Part shown: one piece after another, positions 46,038 through 58,022 of the stretch | How the letters are laid out: each line of letters opens with the position of its first letter | Position numbering within the stretch: the stretch's first letter is position 1 | Assembly (NCBI GenBank): GCA_965240325.2 | Contig: OZ251241.1 | Coordinates: forward strand, 1,240,001 to 1,304,000 | Source: Rebecca billardiae RCC1528 | Lineage: Eukaryota > Protista > Haptophyta | Length of the DNA stretch: 64,000 nucleotides | Direction: 5' to 3' | The notes under the pieces: model-generated | The model's database searches: none | What the model saw: only the letters and a program-made list of their open reading frames with translations | What the model was told of the DNA's origin: nothing | Made by a program: the position numbers and the translations under genes

Positions 46038-48297
46038 ATGCTCAGGCTGCTGCCCCGGGGCGTGGCCCTCCTCTCGCGGCCGGCGGTGGCATCCCGCGTG
46101 CTCGCGCGCCAACTGCCGTGCAGCGCGCGCTGGCTCAGCACCGAGCAGAGCTCGGCCGCGAGTGCGCCGCCGGCCGATGGCGTCGCGAGCAACGCGCCGC
46201 CGGACGCAGCAGAGGACGTGGCCGCGTCGACGACGAGCGACACGTCGGTGTTCTTGCGGCTGCTGAAAAGCCGCATGGCTAAGGACCAGCCCGACCAGGT
46301 GATCGAGCTCTTCAACGAGCGCGCGGCCGCGGGCGCCGAGCTGCCCGTGCAGGCTTGGAGCGTGCTCTTCAGCGCGTATCAGATCCGGGGCGAGAGCAAG
46401 GCGACGGTGCTCGCGCGGTTCGGCGAGATGAAGGAGAAGGGGCACACGCCCGACGCCGAGACGTACGACGCCGTGCTCGCCTGCTGCGCCGCCGCCTCCA
46501 GCGGCGACAGCGCGAGCGACGTGTCGGACGCGGTCGCCCTTCGTGAGGAGATGGTGGCGGCGAGCGTGCAGCCGTCCCTCAGCACGTTCGAGTCGCTGAT
46601 AACGGTGTACCTCGGCGCGGGCGACGTGCCCAGCGCGCGCACGGTGATGGAGGAGATGTGCGTCGCGCGCCGCGCCACTCGCCGCGCGCCGCCGCCACAC
46701 CGCCGCCACCCGCTGAGGCTGAGCGCTCGCCGGCTGGCCGCGCGCGCGCGCGCCGCGCGCCGCGCAGGCACCTGAGCCGCGTTGCCGGTCGTTACCGCGC
46801 GAGCATCGCGTACCTCTCGTCGTGCCTGACGAGCGGCCAGCTCGACGAGGCCGTCACCTACCTCAACGAGCTGCACGCCAACCAGCGCCCGCCCGGCGGC
46901 AACGACATGCGCCGGCTCCTGAAGGGATTCACCTCAAAGCGTCACCTGCAGGGTGCGATGACGTCCGCCGAGATGATGCTCGAGCTGCAGGACACGTTCG
47001 ACCCGATGCCGCTGATCGTGACGATGGCGAACCTGCACGCGTTCGACGAGCAGCCCGCCCGCGCCGAGCTCCTCCTCTCCAAGTGCGTCAAGCTGATCCG
47101 ACCGGACTTGCAGACCGGCGCGTACTGGAACAAGGACAGGCTTCACGTTCTCACGAGGTGCCTTCCGCTGCTGCCGGACGTGCACGCCAAGATGAGCGTG
47201 CTCAACGTGCTCAACGTGCGCGCGCGCGGGGGGCACGCGCGCGCGCCGAGCGCCGCCGCCGCGCGAGGCCCTGACCGACCGCCCGCCCGCCCGCGCGCGC
47301 GCCGTCCGCCGCCCGCGCTGCGCGCTGCCCCGCCGCCGCCGCAGCTGCGCCGCCACCGCTCGCGCGAGCTGATGCGCGAGGTGATCAAGGTGGCGGAGGG
47401 CGGCGTGGGGGCGGTGGACGACGCGTACCACGCGCTCGAGGACCTGGCGAACACGGGCGTGCCCGTCGCGGTCGGCACGATCAACTCGATCATCCTCATG
47501 TGCGGCCACGTCCGAGGTGCGCGCGCCGGCGCGCGGGCGGGCGCTCGCGCGCGCTCGCGCGCGAGTGCGCGTGCGTGCCGCGCGCGGCCCGACGCGTGTC
47601 GCCCCGTCCGTTCGCGCGCGCAGACCTCGACCGCGCGGTGCAGACGTTCGAGGCGATCAAGAAGCCGCCCTTCGGCCTCGCCCCGGACGTGGACTCGTTC
47701 AACGCGCTCATGATGGCCGCGTTCCGCGAGAAGGAAGTCGGGGCGGTCGCGAATGTGCACGTGATCATGCAGGAGGAGGGCGTGAGGCCCAACGGCGAGA
47801 CCTTCCGCATCCTGATCATGTCCAAGCTGCACCAGAACAACGTGGTCTCGGCGCACGAGCTGCTGCAGCAGGCGGCGGACGCGGGCGTGCCGGCCCCGGG
47901 CCAGTACAGCGCGCTGATCAGCTTCCACCTGGGTATCCGCACGATGGGCGTGAACGGCGCGCGCCGGCCCGACACGGCAAAGGCGCTCGCGCTGCGCGAC
48001 GCGGCGACGGAGCTGGGGCTGCAGCTGAACACGAGGGTGAAGGAGGACCTGGAGCGCGCGGAGGCCGAGCTGGCGCAGCGTGCCAAGGCGTCGTCCTCGT
48101 ACGAGGAGGAGGTCGCGCCCGTGATGGCCGCGGCCGCGGCCGAGGCGGCGGGCGCGGCCGTGTCCGAGGCGGCGGCGGCGGCGGCGGTGGGCGGCGCTGC
48201 GCCGAGCGGCGGCGGCGGCGGCGCGGACAGCGGCGCGGAGCACGCTGACAGCACAGCAGCAGCCAGTTCAACCACCTCGTCGTCAGCAGGGGCGTGA
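46038..48297 (+). CDS. Mitochondria-targeted pentatricopeptide-repeat protein, ~4 exons
   Basis: Arg-rich presequence; PPR-like TPDAETYDAVL, QPSLSTFESLI, APDVDSFNALM, RPNGETFRILI. Introns at ~46658-46767, ~47217-47344 and ~47510-47623. Confidence 0.8.
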
Positions 48298-48677
48298 GCC
48301 GAGGCGCGCGCGCGCGCGGCGCGCCTCACTGCTCGGCGCCGGCGATCGTCGGAGGGCTCGCATCACGACGCCGACCATCTCTCCTATGGCGCTCGACGAC
48401 GCGCTCGATCTTGACGACGTCGCGCTGAGGTCGGCGTCGGCTGCGCGCTGATGTCTGTCTGCTGACACGCGGCCTCATGACGTGATATGTCAGACCCCGC
48501 GTTCCCGCCGTCACCCGTCACGTGACTACGTACCGCGCGTGAAAGATATATACATGCGCATGTATGCCGCCGCGGCGCCATCATCGATTCATCGTCACTC
48601 GTCTGAGAATAGTATTAATTAATATATATATGCCGATGCGTCGTAAACTCGTCGTATCAGTAGTATAGTAATAATAA

Positions 48678-50760
48678 TGGCCCGCGGTGTAGGGCGGAGC
48701 GCGTAGCGTGGAGCCCCGCCGGGGGCCCTCACTACGTTGTCAAAAAGATCTTTTGATCAAAGAAAAGGGGACGGGGGACGATTTTGAGGGGTGTTGGAGG
48801 GTGAGTTTTCGCTTTTTCGAGGGGTACGTTGGCCCATAGTGCTCTGCATTAGCAACTACGCGCTTGACGAAATAAGCGCGCCCACGCCATTCCGCATAAG
48901 TCGATGGACGGACGTGGGATCAGATACCCCGGGGGTGAAACAAGTGAGTATTTTTGTCATTCTTGTATGCTGGAGTACGAGTTTGCCGAGCGACGTTTGA
49001 TTGTTTTGGGTCGAAAACAGCTATGAGGCCAGATGCTTCTGAATAGCGCTTTGTTTAAACACCTACCCGCCTGTCTCGATGGATGAACCGCCTTATAATA
49101 TTAAAAGAGATCCTTTTGAATAGCGCTTGTTCAACCACATTACCCGCCTGCCTCGATGGATGAACCGCCTGTGCACTAATGTGAAACGAGATTCTTTGAA
49201 TGGCGCCTATGGCGGCTTGTTAAAACGTAACAAGTTACCCGCCTACAAACCGGGCCTAAGCCAAGGGCGGTAAGGGAACGTAACAAGTTACCCGCCTACA
49301 AACCGGGCCTAAGCCAAGGGCGGTAAGGGCTGTCAACTCCCAGTGGCGCCGAGTGGCGGAGGTTCCGTGCCCCTCAACTCGTGCGGCCTCGCGGCGCAGC
49401 GGCTAAGTCTCCTGGGGCGCCGCCCTGGAGGGCGCGTGGGGTGCGCACGCCGCGGGCTCCTGCGCCCGCGGCAGCGGCCGCGGACACGGCGCGCGTGGTT
49501 GGTCGCCTGCTAGACAGCACGTAGTACCCTCCCACGCCGCGCGCCGCGCTTGCCGGTGCCCTCGCCGTGCCTCAGGCCAGCCGCGCACGCGCGCCGCGCC
49601 AATGGCCAGCCGTGGCCACGAGCCAGCCGCCGGAGCGCGCGCGGTGCGCGGTGCGGTCGGCGCGGGTCGGGCGCGCGCCCGGGGCGAGGCTCGCGTATGA
49701 TGGGCGCGCGTCATGCCGCTGGCCCGCGGTGTAGGGCGGAGCGCGTAGCGTGGAGCCCCGCCGGGGGCCCTCACTACGTTGTCAAAAAGATCTTTTGATC
49801 AAAGAAAAGGGGACGGGGGACGATTTTGAGGGGTGTTGGAGGGTGAGTTTTCGCTTTTTCGAGGGGTACGTTGGCCCATAGTGCTCTGCATTAGCAACTA
49901 CGCGCTTGACGAAATAAGCGCGCCCACGCCATTCCGCATAAGTCGATGGACGGACGTGGGATCAGATACCCCGGGGGTGAAACAAGTGAGTATTTTTGTC
50001 ATTCTTGTATGCTGGAGTACGAGTTTGCCGAGCGACGTTTGATTGTTTTGGGTCGAAAACAGCTATGAGGCCAGATGCTTCTGAATAGCGCTTTGTTTAA
50101 ACACCTACCCGCCTGTCTCGATGGATGAACCGCCTTATAATATTAAAAGAGATCCTTTTGAATAGCGCTTGTTCAACCACATTACCCGCCTGCCTCGATG
50201 GATGAACCGCCTGTGCACTAATGTGAAACGAGATTCTTTGAATGGCGCCTATGGCGGCTTGTTAAAACGTAACAAGTTACCCGCCTACAAACCGGGCCTA
50301 AGCCAAGGGCGGTAAGGGAACGTAACAAGTTACCCGCCTACAAACCGGGCCTAAGCCAAGGGCGGTAAGGGCTGTCAACTCCCAGTGGCGCCGAGTGGCG
50401 GAGGTTCCGTGCCCCTCAACTCGTGCGGCCTCGCGGCGCAGCGGCTAAGTCTCCTGGGGCGCCGCCCTGGAGGGCGCGTGGGGTGCGCACGCCGCGGGCT
50501 CCTGCGCCCGCGGCAGCGGCCGCGGACACGGCGCGCGTGGTTGGTCGCCTGCTAGACAGCACGTAGTACCCTCCCACGCCGCGCGCCGCGCTTGCCGGTG
50601 CCCTCGCCGTGCCTCAGGCCAGCCGCGCACGCGCGCCGCGCCAATGGCCAGCCGTGGCCACGAGCCAGCCGCCGGAGCGCGCGCGGTGCGCGGTGCGGTC
50701 GGCGCGGGTCGGGTGCGCGCCCGGGGCGAGGCTCGCGTATGATGGGCGCGCGTCATGCCG
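48678..50760 (+). repeat. Near-perfect 1042-bp tandem duplication
   Basis: Units start at 48678 and 49720; identical ORFs at 48791 and 49833. Confidence 0.95.
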
Positions 50761-51485
50761 CCTCGCGCCGCCGCGCTGACGCCCGCATGGGTCGGCGCGC
50801 ACGCGTTTACATGCTGTCGAGTGTGCATTGCCATGTTTGAAAATGCTCACGTTGAGACGATCATGGGACGGCAGCGACGCGTGATAGACAAGCGCAGACC
50901 ACTAATATGTGCACGGCCAGCCTCATGTCATGGCAAGCAAGTCCCCGAGTACCCGCGTTCGTCGCACTGATGCGCTCACAACCACTTATCCAAGCTCATT
51001 TCTGATGGCCGAGGAATGCTCGACGAGCACTCTTCAGCAGCCGCGTGCAACGTGATCAAGCTCGTGGGTGGCGGCGCGAGGCGGCATGACGCGCGCCCAT
51101 CATACGCGAGCCTCGCCCCGGGCGCGCGCCCGACCCGCGCCGACCGCACCGCGCACCGCGCGCGCGCCGGCGGCTGGCTCGTGGCCACGGCTGGCCATTG
51201 GCGCGGCGCGCGTGCGCGGCTGGCCTGAGGCACGGCGAGGGCACCGGCAAGCGCGGCGCGCGGCGTGGGAGGGTACTACGTGCTGTCTAGTAGGCGACCA
51301 ACCACGCGCGCCGTGTCCGCGGCCGCTGCCGCGGGCGCAGGAGCCCGCGGCGTGCGCACCCCACGCGCCCTCCAGGGCGGCGCCCCAGAAGACTTAGCCG
51401 CTGCGCCGCGAGGCCGCACGAGTTGAGGGGCACGGAACCTCCGCCACTCGGCGCCACTGGGAGTTGACAGCCCTTACCGCCCTTG
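50357..51485. mobile_element. Non-autonomous P-superfamily-like element with ~415-bp TIRs and 7-bp TSD
   Basis: CAAGGGCGGTAAGGGC...GCCCTTACCGCCCTTG. CCTAAGC at 50350-50356 and 51486-51492. Arms at 50357-50772 and 51070-51485. Confidence 0.8.
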
Positions 51486-51759
51486 CCTAAGCGCAACCTT
51501 TTGAAAGTGCATGTTGATGTGCATGGTCAGGGTCCTCCTCAACTACTGCATGTCGGCGTACTGCGTGCGCGCGCGGCGCGCTGTTAATTGTTATTTACCG
51601 ATGCATCACTTATTGGTGCTGGAAACATAGGCCACACACTACGGGCACTTGGAAGTGATCAAGTTTTGCTACTTATTCACTAAACAGGAGCCGCCAGGCG
51701 CGCGCGCGGCCCCGTATATTTATTCGAACGAGCACGGAGGGTCTTTGCCCGAGCGTCTA

Positions 51760-52980
51760 GCGAGTAGCGAGCGAGTCCCCACGGCTGCTCGCTCGCTCGT
51801 TCGCGTTCGTCGCTGCGGCGCCCTGGCCGGGGACGTGCGTGTCGGCGCCGCGTACGCCGCGGTGCGCGCGCGGTGGCGGGAGCCGGCCGGCCGCTGGTCT
51901 CCCCCTCGCGCTCTGCTCTCGCCCTCGCGCTCCGCTCCGACGGCTCTCCCCGAGGCGTCGCGCGCGTCTCGGTCCGCGGTCTCGCCTCAGAGTCTTGCCA
52001 GGCCGTGCCGACGGCGCGCACACAGCGCCCCGCTGCAAAGCATGCGCGACGAGATCGCGGCGGGGGCGGCGAGATCGCGGCGGAGGCGGCGGTCAACAGC
52101 CTGCCCGCGGGCGCGTTCGTCGCTCGAGGAGGAGCGCGCAAGGGCGAGCCGAGTCCGGAGCACGCTCACGAGCGACTCGTTGGCGACGCCTTGAGGATCG
52201 GAGCGCGCCCGGAGCCACGCAGCGGAGATGAGCCGGATGCGCCCGGAGTTCGCGCAGCTGAAGGGCGAGCTCGAGCACGCGAGCTCGCTCCTCGACGCCG
52301 AGCGCGAGCTCCTCCTCAACTCGGTCGACGGCGACACTGATGCCAGAGACTAGAGAGGCCGTGCTGCATGCCAGCACGTGTGCGCGGAGGCGCTGTGCGC
52401 CGAGCTGGCGAAGCGCGGCGCCGAGCTCGACGCGCTGCGCGACGCGGCGACGGACGCGCTGGGCGCGCGCGGCGCCCTCGTCGCGACGCCCCGTGCAGCA
52501 GCTCGAGCAGCCAGCTGTGGAGTAGACGGCCGTCGAGGCGATCGGCGCCGGTTGAGCGCGCACGGGCTCCGACTGCCTGCCGCTGGCTGGCCGCCGCCGT
52601 CTTCGAGGCCGCCGACGCGGCGGAGGAGGCGGCGGGCGAGCACGGCGGCGCGGTGGAGCAGGCGCGCACGCGCGGCGGCAGGCGCGACGCCCCGCTCGCC
52701 TCGTTCCACCCCGAGCTCCCGCTCGGTCTCGGTGCGCGGCTGCGCAGCGGCAGGCCGGGGCAGCCGCGTGGCGCGCGCTCTCGCTCTGCCGGCACGAGGC
52801 GAGCCGGCTGAGCGACCAGCGGCCCGTCGTCGAGCGCATGGCGCAGCGCGAGCACCTCAAGCAGGTGCGCCCGCACGCGCGCACGCGCCGGCCCGCGCCA
52901 CGGCGGCCGCTTCCCCGCGCGGCCCGGGCGGCGCGTCGGCGTCGGCGACAGTGACTCGGCCCGCCGGCCCGGCGGGCGGC
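51760..52980 (+). pseudogene. Frameshifted coiled-coil gene fragment inside the Helentron-like element
   Basis: Coding-like blocks (EFAQLKGELEHASSLLDAERELLLNS; ELAKRGAELDALRDA; AQREHLKQ followed by an intron-like gtgcgc) broken by stops and indels. Confidence 0.55.
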
Positions 52981-53331
52981 AACTGAGTTGGCGGTGGCAG
53001 CTCAGGCGACTGTTACGCATGTCAGACTGACAGCAGCCGACGGAGGGTACACCGCGGGCCCCTAACTGCGTTGGTTCTACGGAAGGACCGCGGAACGCGG
53101 TCATATAATAGTCATATATATGACATATCGGCGGCATATATAGCACCGTGCTGCTAGGGCGCTAGGCCTATATATAGAGAGAGTGTGTATACTGTATAGA
53201 GCAGCGCAGCCGCAGCAGCGCATCATCGATCATCAACGACGCGCGGCCTTGTCGCTTGAGCGCGCACCGCGCGACTCGTCTACTGTTAATAAAAGCAGTG
53301 GCGCCACGGATACCAGGCCGCTGCCCATCAG

Positions 53332-55742
53332 TCAGCGCGGCACAACACTCGCGAGCGCGGCCGTCGTCTCGAGCCGCTCGTCACTCGCGGCGCGCAGCAG
53401 CTGCGCGTGCGTGCGCGCGACGGCGCGCATCGGCCACGCGTGGAGCTGCGCGTCGAGGCAGCCGCGCAGCACGCGCAGCGCGGGCGCGCGGCGGCGCACC
53501 GCGCGCGAGAACGCGGTGAGGCCGAGCCAGCACACGAGCCGCGAGACTTCGGCGCGCGGCGGCTCGGCCGCGCCCGCGTCCGCGCGGGCGTGCGCGCCGC
53601 CGTCGCGCGCGGCGCGCGCGGCCGTGTCGGCGCGCGCGCCCGAGACGAGCCGCGCCCCGAGCTCGACGAGGCCGGCGGCGATCGCGGCGAGGCAGCGCTC
53701 GTTCCGGTGCGGCAGCGCGCGCGCGAGCGCGAGGAAGCGCAGCGCGACGAAGAGCTGCGCCTGGTACGCGTTGACCAAGCACACGCGCAGGCAGTTCACG
53801 CGCGCATCCGAGAGCAGCGGGTGGCACCGGTGCGCGAGCGCGGCGCTGAGCGCGGAGCACAGCTGGGCGGGGCGAAGGCGCCTGGCGTCATATCTCACGT
53901 CAGCGCTCGCGCGCCGGCCGCGCAGCGAGGAGTAGTCGCGGCGCACCTCGCACGTGCGCGGGTCGAGCAGCAGCCCGCACCACGCGAAGTGCGGCGCGGG
54001 CGTGCCCGCGCCAGCCGCGCCGGGCGCGCGGGCCGGGGGCGCCTCCGGCACCGCCGCGCGCGGCACGCACGCGGGCGCGAGCGCGCGCAGCGCTGCTGTG
54101 TCGGAGACGCGCGTCTTGCGCGCGTTGAGCGCGCAGCCAAACTCGGGGAAGCCGTGGCGCGTCGCGTCGAGGAAGCGGCACACCTCCGCCGGGTCGGCGG
54201 AGGCGAAGAGGAAGTCGTCGAGCAGGCGGATCGTCTCACGCGGCGGCGGCGGCGCGGCCGCAGCCGGCGGCGGCGAGGCGGCGCCCGCCGCCGCGGCGCC
54301 CGCCGCGGCTGGTTTGGCGGCCGCAGCGGCGCGCGCCGTGGCGGCGGCGGGCGGCGCGGGCGGCGCGGAGAACTCGCGCAGCCGCGTGCGGTCGAGCTCG
54401 GCGTAGTGCACCGAGCACAGCAGCGACGAGAGCGAGCCCCCCTGCGGGATGCCCCGCGCCTGCAGCAGCGGCCGGCGCCGCCCGGCCGCGCGCAGCGTGA
54501 CCACGTTGCATCGGACGTGCTGCGACAGACGGGTCAGGAGGGCGGCGCGCTCGGCGGCGCGGATGCGGCCGAGGTCTGTGATCACGCCGGCGCGCTGGGT
54601 GCCGAGGAGCGCGGTGCGCGTCGCGGCGGAGGGCAGCAGCTCCAGCTCGTCGCACGCCACGCGGCGGAACACGCGCCGCGGCGGCGGCGGCGGCGGGCAC
54701 CACACGCTCGCGCCCGCCGCGGCCGCGCCGCCGCGGCCGGCGCGCGGCGGCCGCGTGCACAGCGCGCGCGCGCGCGCCGGCGGCGCGTGCGCGCGGAAGT
54801 CTCGGAGCACGTAGCTCGGCGCGCGCATGAGCTTGCCCAGCGAGCGGAAGAGCTGCTCCGTGTCGATGGTGTCGAAGCACGCCGCCACGTCCACGCCGGC
54901 GCAGTGCAGCTCGAGCAGCTGACCGGCCGCGTCGCGCGCGCCCTCGCACGCGTGCAAGCCAACCGGCGCCGGCGCGGCCGCCGGCGCGGCCGCTGCCACC
55001 TCCGCGGCGTGCGCGCGCGCGTGCGCGACGTGCGCGCGCCACGCGGCGCTGAGCGCGCCGAGGCGGCGGTGGATGTCGCACATGCCCAGCACCGAGTTGC
55101 CCATCCGCTCCGGCGCGCGCTGCGCCTCCCAGCGCAGGGCAGCCATCGCATCTCTGAGCAGAGAGTTGACGGGCGGCGCGGACGGCGGCGCGGCCGCGCC
55201 GTGCGGCGCGCCGCCACCCGCCGCGCCGCCGTGCGCGGCCGGATGCGCGCGCGCCGCAGCAGCGCCGCCGCCGAGCAGCGCGCTCAGCGGCGTCGCCGCC
55301 ATCGAGAGCTGGCAGATCGGCCGCACCCCCGCCGCCGGCCCACCCAGCCCCTTCGGCTGGAACCGCAGGCCGGACGCGCCCAGGCACTGCGCCGCCACCG
55401 CCGCCGCGCCGCCGCTCGCCCGGCTCAGAGGAAGGAGGCTGAGGCGCGAGCCGTGCGCGGCCGAGGCGCCGTCGGCGCGCGCGCCGTCGCTGAGCGCGCG
55501 CGCGCACACGCGCGACCACACCGGGTGCCGGAAGTACCGCAGCTCGTGCACGCCGCCGCCGCTCCCCGCCGCCTCCGTGCAGTGGAAGGTCGAGCGCAGC
55601 AGCGGCAGCAGCACGCGCGTATGCAGCCACAGCAGCGCGCGCGCGAGCGCCTCCGCGCACGCGCGCTGCTCGGAGCGGGCGAGCGCGTGGCGGCGGCGCG
55701 CGATCGGCGGCGGGGCGCGCGCGGCGGCAGCCGCCAACGCGC

Positions 55743-55786
<44 letters not shown>

Positions 55787-57816
55787 CGCGCCGCGGCCGC
55801 GCGCCGCTGCCGCCGCCGCCGCCGAGCGCGCTGCCGCGCGAGCGCGCTCGCCACAGCGGCCGGCTGCGCGCCCTGCGCCGGCGCCGCGCCGCACATCGAG
55901 CCCTCCGGCCGCGGCGTGCGCCCCGGCGCCCCCGCCTCGGCCGCCCCGCCCGCCGCCCGCCCCGCCCGCTCGGCGCCGAGCCACGGCACTTGCGAGATTG
56001 CAATCTGGTGGGCGCCGAGCCACGGCACTTGCGAGATTGCAATCTGGTGGATGAGCACGCGGCCACTCGGCGTTGTGCGCCGGTTGTCCAGGACGAGGCG
56101 GCGCGCCGAGCGCAGCAGGAGGCGCCAGTTGCGCCCGGCGCCGACGAGCTCGACGGGCACGAGCGCCTGCACCACCGCCACCGCCAGGTCGGCCACCGCC
56201 GCGCGCGGCGTCTCCAGCGCCAGCAGGGCCGCGAGCGATGGCGGCGGCGCGGCGGCGTCGGCGCCGCTCGGCCGCGGCCGCGGCGCCGAGGCGGCGCGCT
56301 CGGCGACGGGTGCGGCGCGCGCCGGCGCGGGCAGGCGCGAAGCGGCGGGCTCGGCGGGCTCGGCGGGCGGCGGCGTGGGCGCGCACGAGGGCTCGTCCTG
56401 GCTGCACGGCAGCAGCTCTGCGCACCCGCTGCCGCCCTCCTCCGCGGCGCACAGGTGGCGGCCATGCTCCCAAGCCAACTCCGCAGGGCGGACGCGCGGC
56501 GCGCGCCGCGGCGGCGGGCGCTGCGGGCAGCACGTCTCGATCAGCCGGTCGAGGCGCGCCGCGGCGAAGTTGGAGACGAGCTGCGCGGCGATGGGCGCGA
56601 AGCGCGCCACGCGCGGCGGCAGCCGCGGCACGCGCCGCCGCCGCTTGGCGCAGCCCGCCGCCGCGGCCGCCGCGAGCGCGCGCGCCACGCCGGCGCCGCC
56701 GGGCGCGGCCGCCGCGCGCGCGGCCGCGGCCGCGCCGCGCGCGCCCGGCCGGGGCGCGTCCGCGAGCGCGGCCGGGACGGGCGTGAAGCCAGCAGACGCG
56801 GCGCCACGCGGCGTGCCCCGCCGCGCATCGCCGCCCGCCACCCCGCGCGCGCCGCCGCCGCCCCCACCCCCGCTGTCCAAGGCCCAGATGTGTGCAGCCA
56901 GCCTGACGCCGCGCGTGCGCGCGCCCGCGCGCGAGCGCGCGAGGCGGTGCAGGATGTGCGCGCGCGCGAGGCCGACGCGCCCGCTGCGCGGCTGCCGGGC
57001 GTACTGCAGCGCCCAGCGCGGCACGACGCAGTCCAGCTCGCTCGGCCGGGCGGGCGCGGCGCGCGCGGCCGAGCCGGCGCCGGCGCCGCGTGCTGGGTCC
57101 CAGCCGCCCGCGGGCGGCGCGGCGAGGCGCGGCGCCGCGCGCGCGGCGGAGGACGGCGCCGGGCCGGCGCGAGCCTCCGCCGGCGCGGCCGCGGCCTCCG
57201 CGCACGCCCGCAGCGCGCGCGTGCCCCCCGTGCACGGCGGCGGCAGCGGCGCGCCTGAGGAGCGCGCGCCGTCGCCAATCGGCGGCCCGCTGAGCTGCAC
57301 GAATTGCACGCTGCGCTCGAGGCGGAGGAGGAGCGTGGTGCGCAGGAGCAGGTGGCGCGCGGCGGCCTCGCCGATTCGCGCGAAGAGGCGCGCGAACGGC
57401 GCGCCGCGCAGCGTCTCCGCGCCCGGGTTGTCCGCGGTGCACTCGACGCCGTGCGCGCCGTGCAGCGCGCCGCCGCGCGCGCCATAGCGCTCGCCGAGCG
57501 TGTAGCCGTAGGCGAGGGCGTTGTCGGCGCGCGCGCTGAGCAGCCGGCGGATCACGTCGTTCACCACCGCGCTCGCGTCCTCCGCGTGCTCCACCGCGCC
57601 CGCCGCCGCCGCCGCCGCCGCCGCGTCGAGCGCGCCGCCGCCGCCGTCGTCCGCGTCGTCGCGCGGAAACGGCTCGCACGGCGTGAGCACAAGGACGGAA
57701 TCAAAGATGGCGGCGTACGCGGCGTCGTCGGTCGGCGCGAGCAGCGTGCGCGCGCGAGGGCCGAGCTCGCTCGCGAGCACCGCGCCGAGCGGGCGCAGCG
57801 CGGGCTCGCCGCTCAT
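53332..57816 (-). CDS. TERT: Telomerase reverse transcriptase
   Basis: TEN (NALAYGY, RIGE...QLSG), T motif FHCTE...YFRHPVW, motif 1 LRFQPK, 2 VRPI, A DVAACFDTI, B' GIPQGGSLSSLLC, C RLLDDFL, D GFPEFG.LN.RKT, E WCGLLL. Confidence 0.96.
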
Positions 57817-58022
57817 CCCCGGCGCGCGCCTCGCCGACCGCACGCCGGCTCCAGCCCGGAGCGGCCGCCCTCCCGAGTGGCCGCTCGTCGCCTTTTCCGG
57901 AACCAGTGCGCACTGTCTTGCGCAGACCCATCTTCCGCGCGCATCGCCGCCATCGTGCCCCGACGCGCGCCCACGTGGCCCCGCCCGGGCCCCCTACCCC
58001 TGGCGTCGACGCGTCGGCGGCG

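Larger units (their letters stand above)
48678..53108 (+). mobile_element. Non-autonomous Helentron/Helitron2-like element (4.4 kb)
   Basis: 5' GGCCCGCGGTGTA pairs with TACACCGCGGGCC (53048-53060). Hairpin GACCGCG-GAA-CGCGGTC (53086-53102) then ATATAA. Same ends as 6260-7553. Confidence 0.72.

Noticed and set aside
53059-53068. CCCTAAC next to TERT as a template
   Set aside because: Too short, lies in a transposon end, and the paralogous copy at ~7500 reads CCCCAAC.
53407-57258. Long antisense and alternative-frame ORFs (1283 aa here, many elsewhere)
   Set aside because: Arg/Ala/Pro-rich shadows of real genes, caused by stop-codon scarcity at high GC.
53332-57816. Retroelement reverse transcriptase
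   Set aside because: TEN and T motifs and the LDD motif C identify it as TERT.
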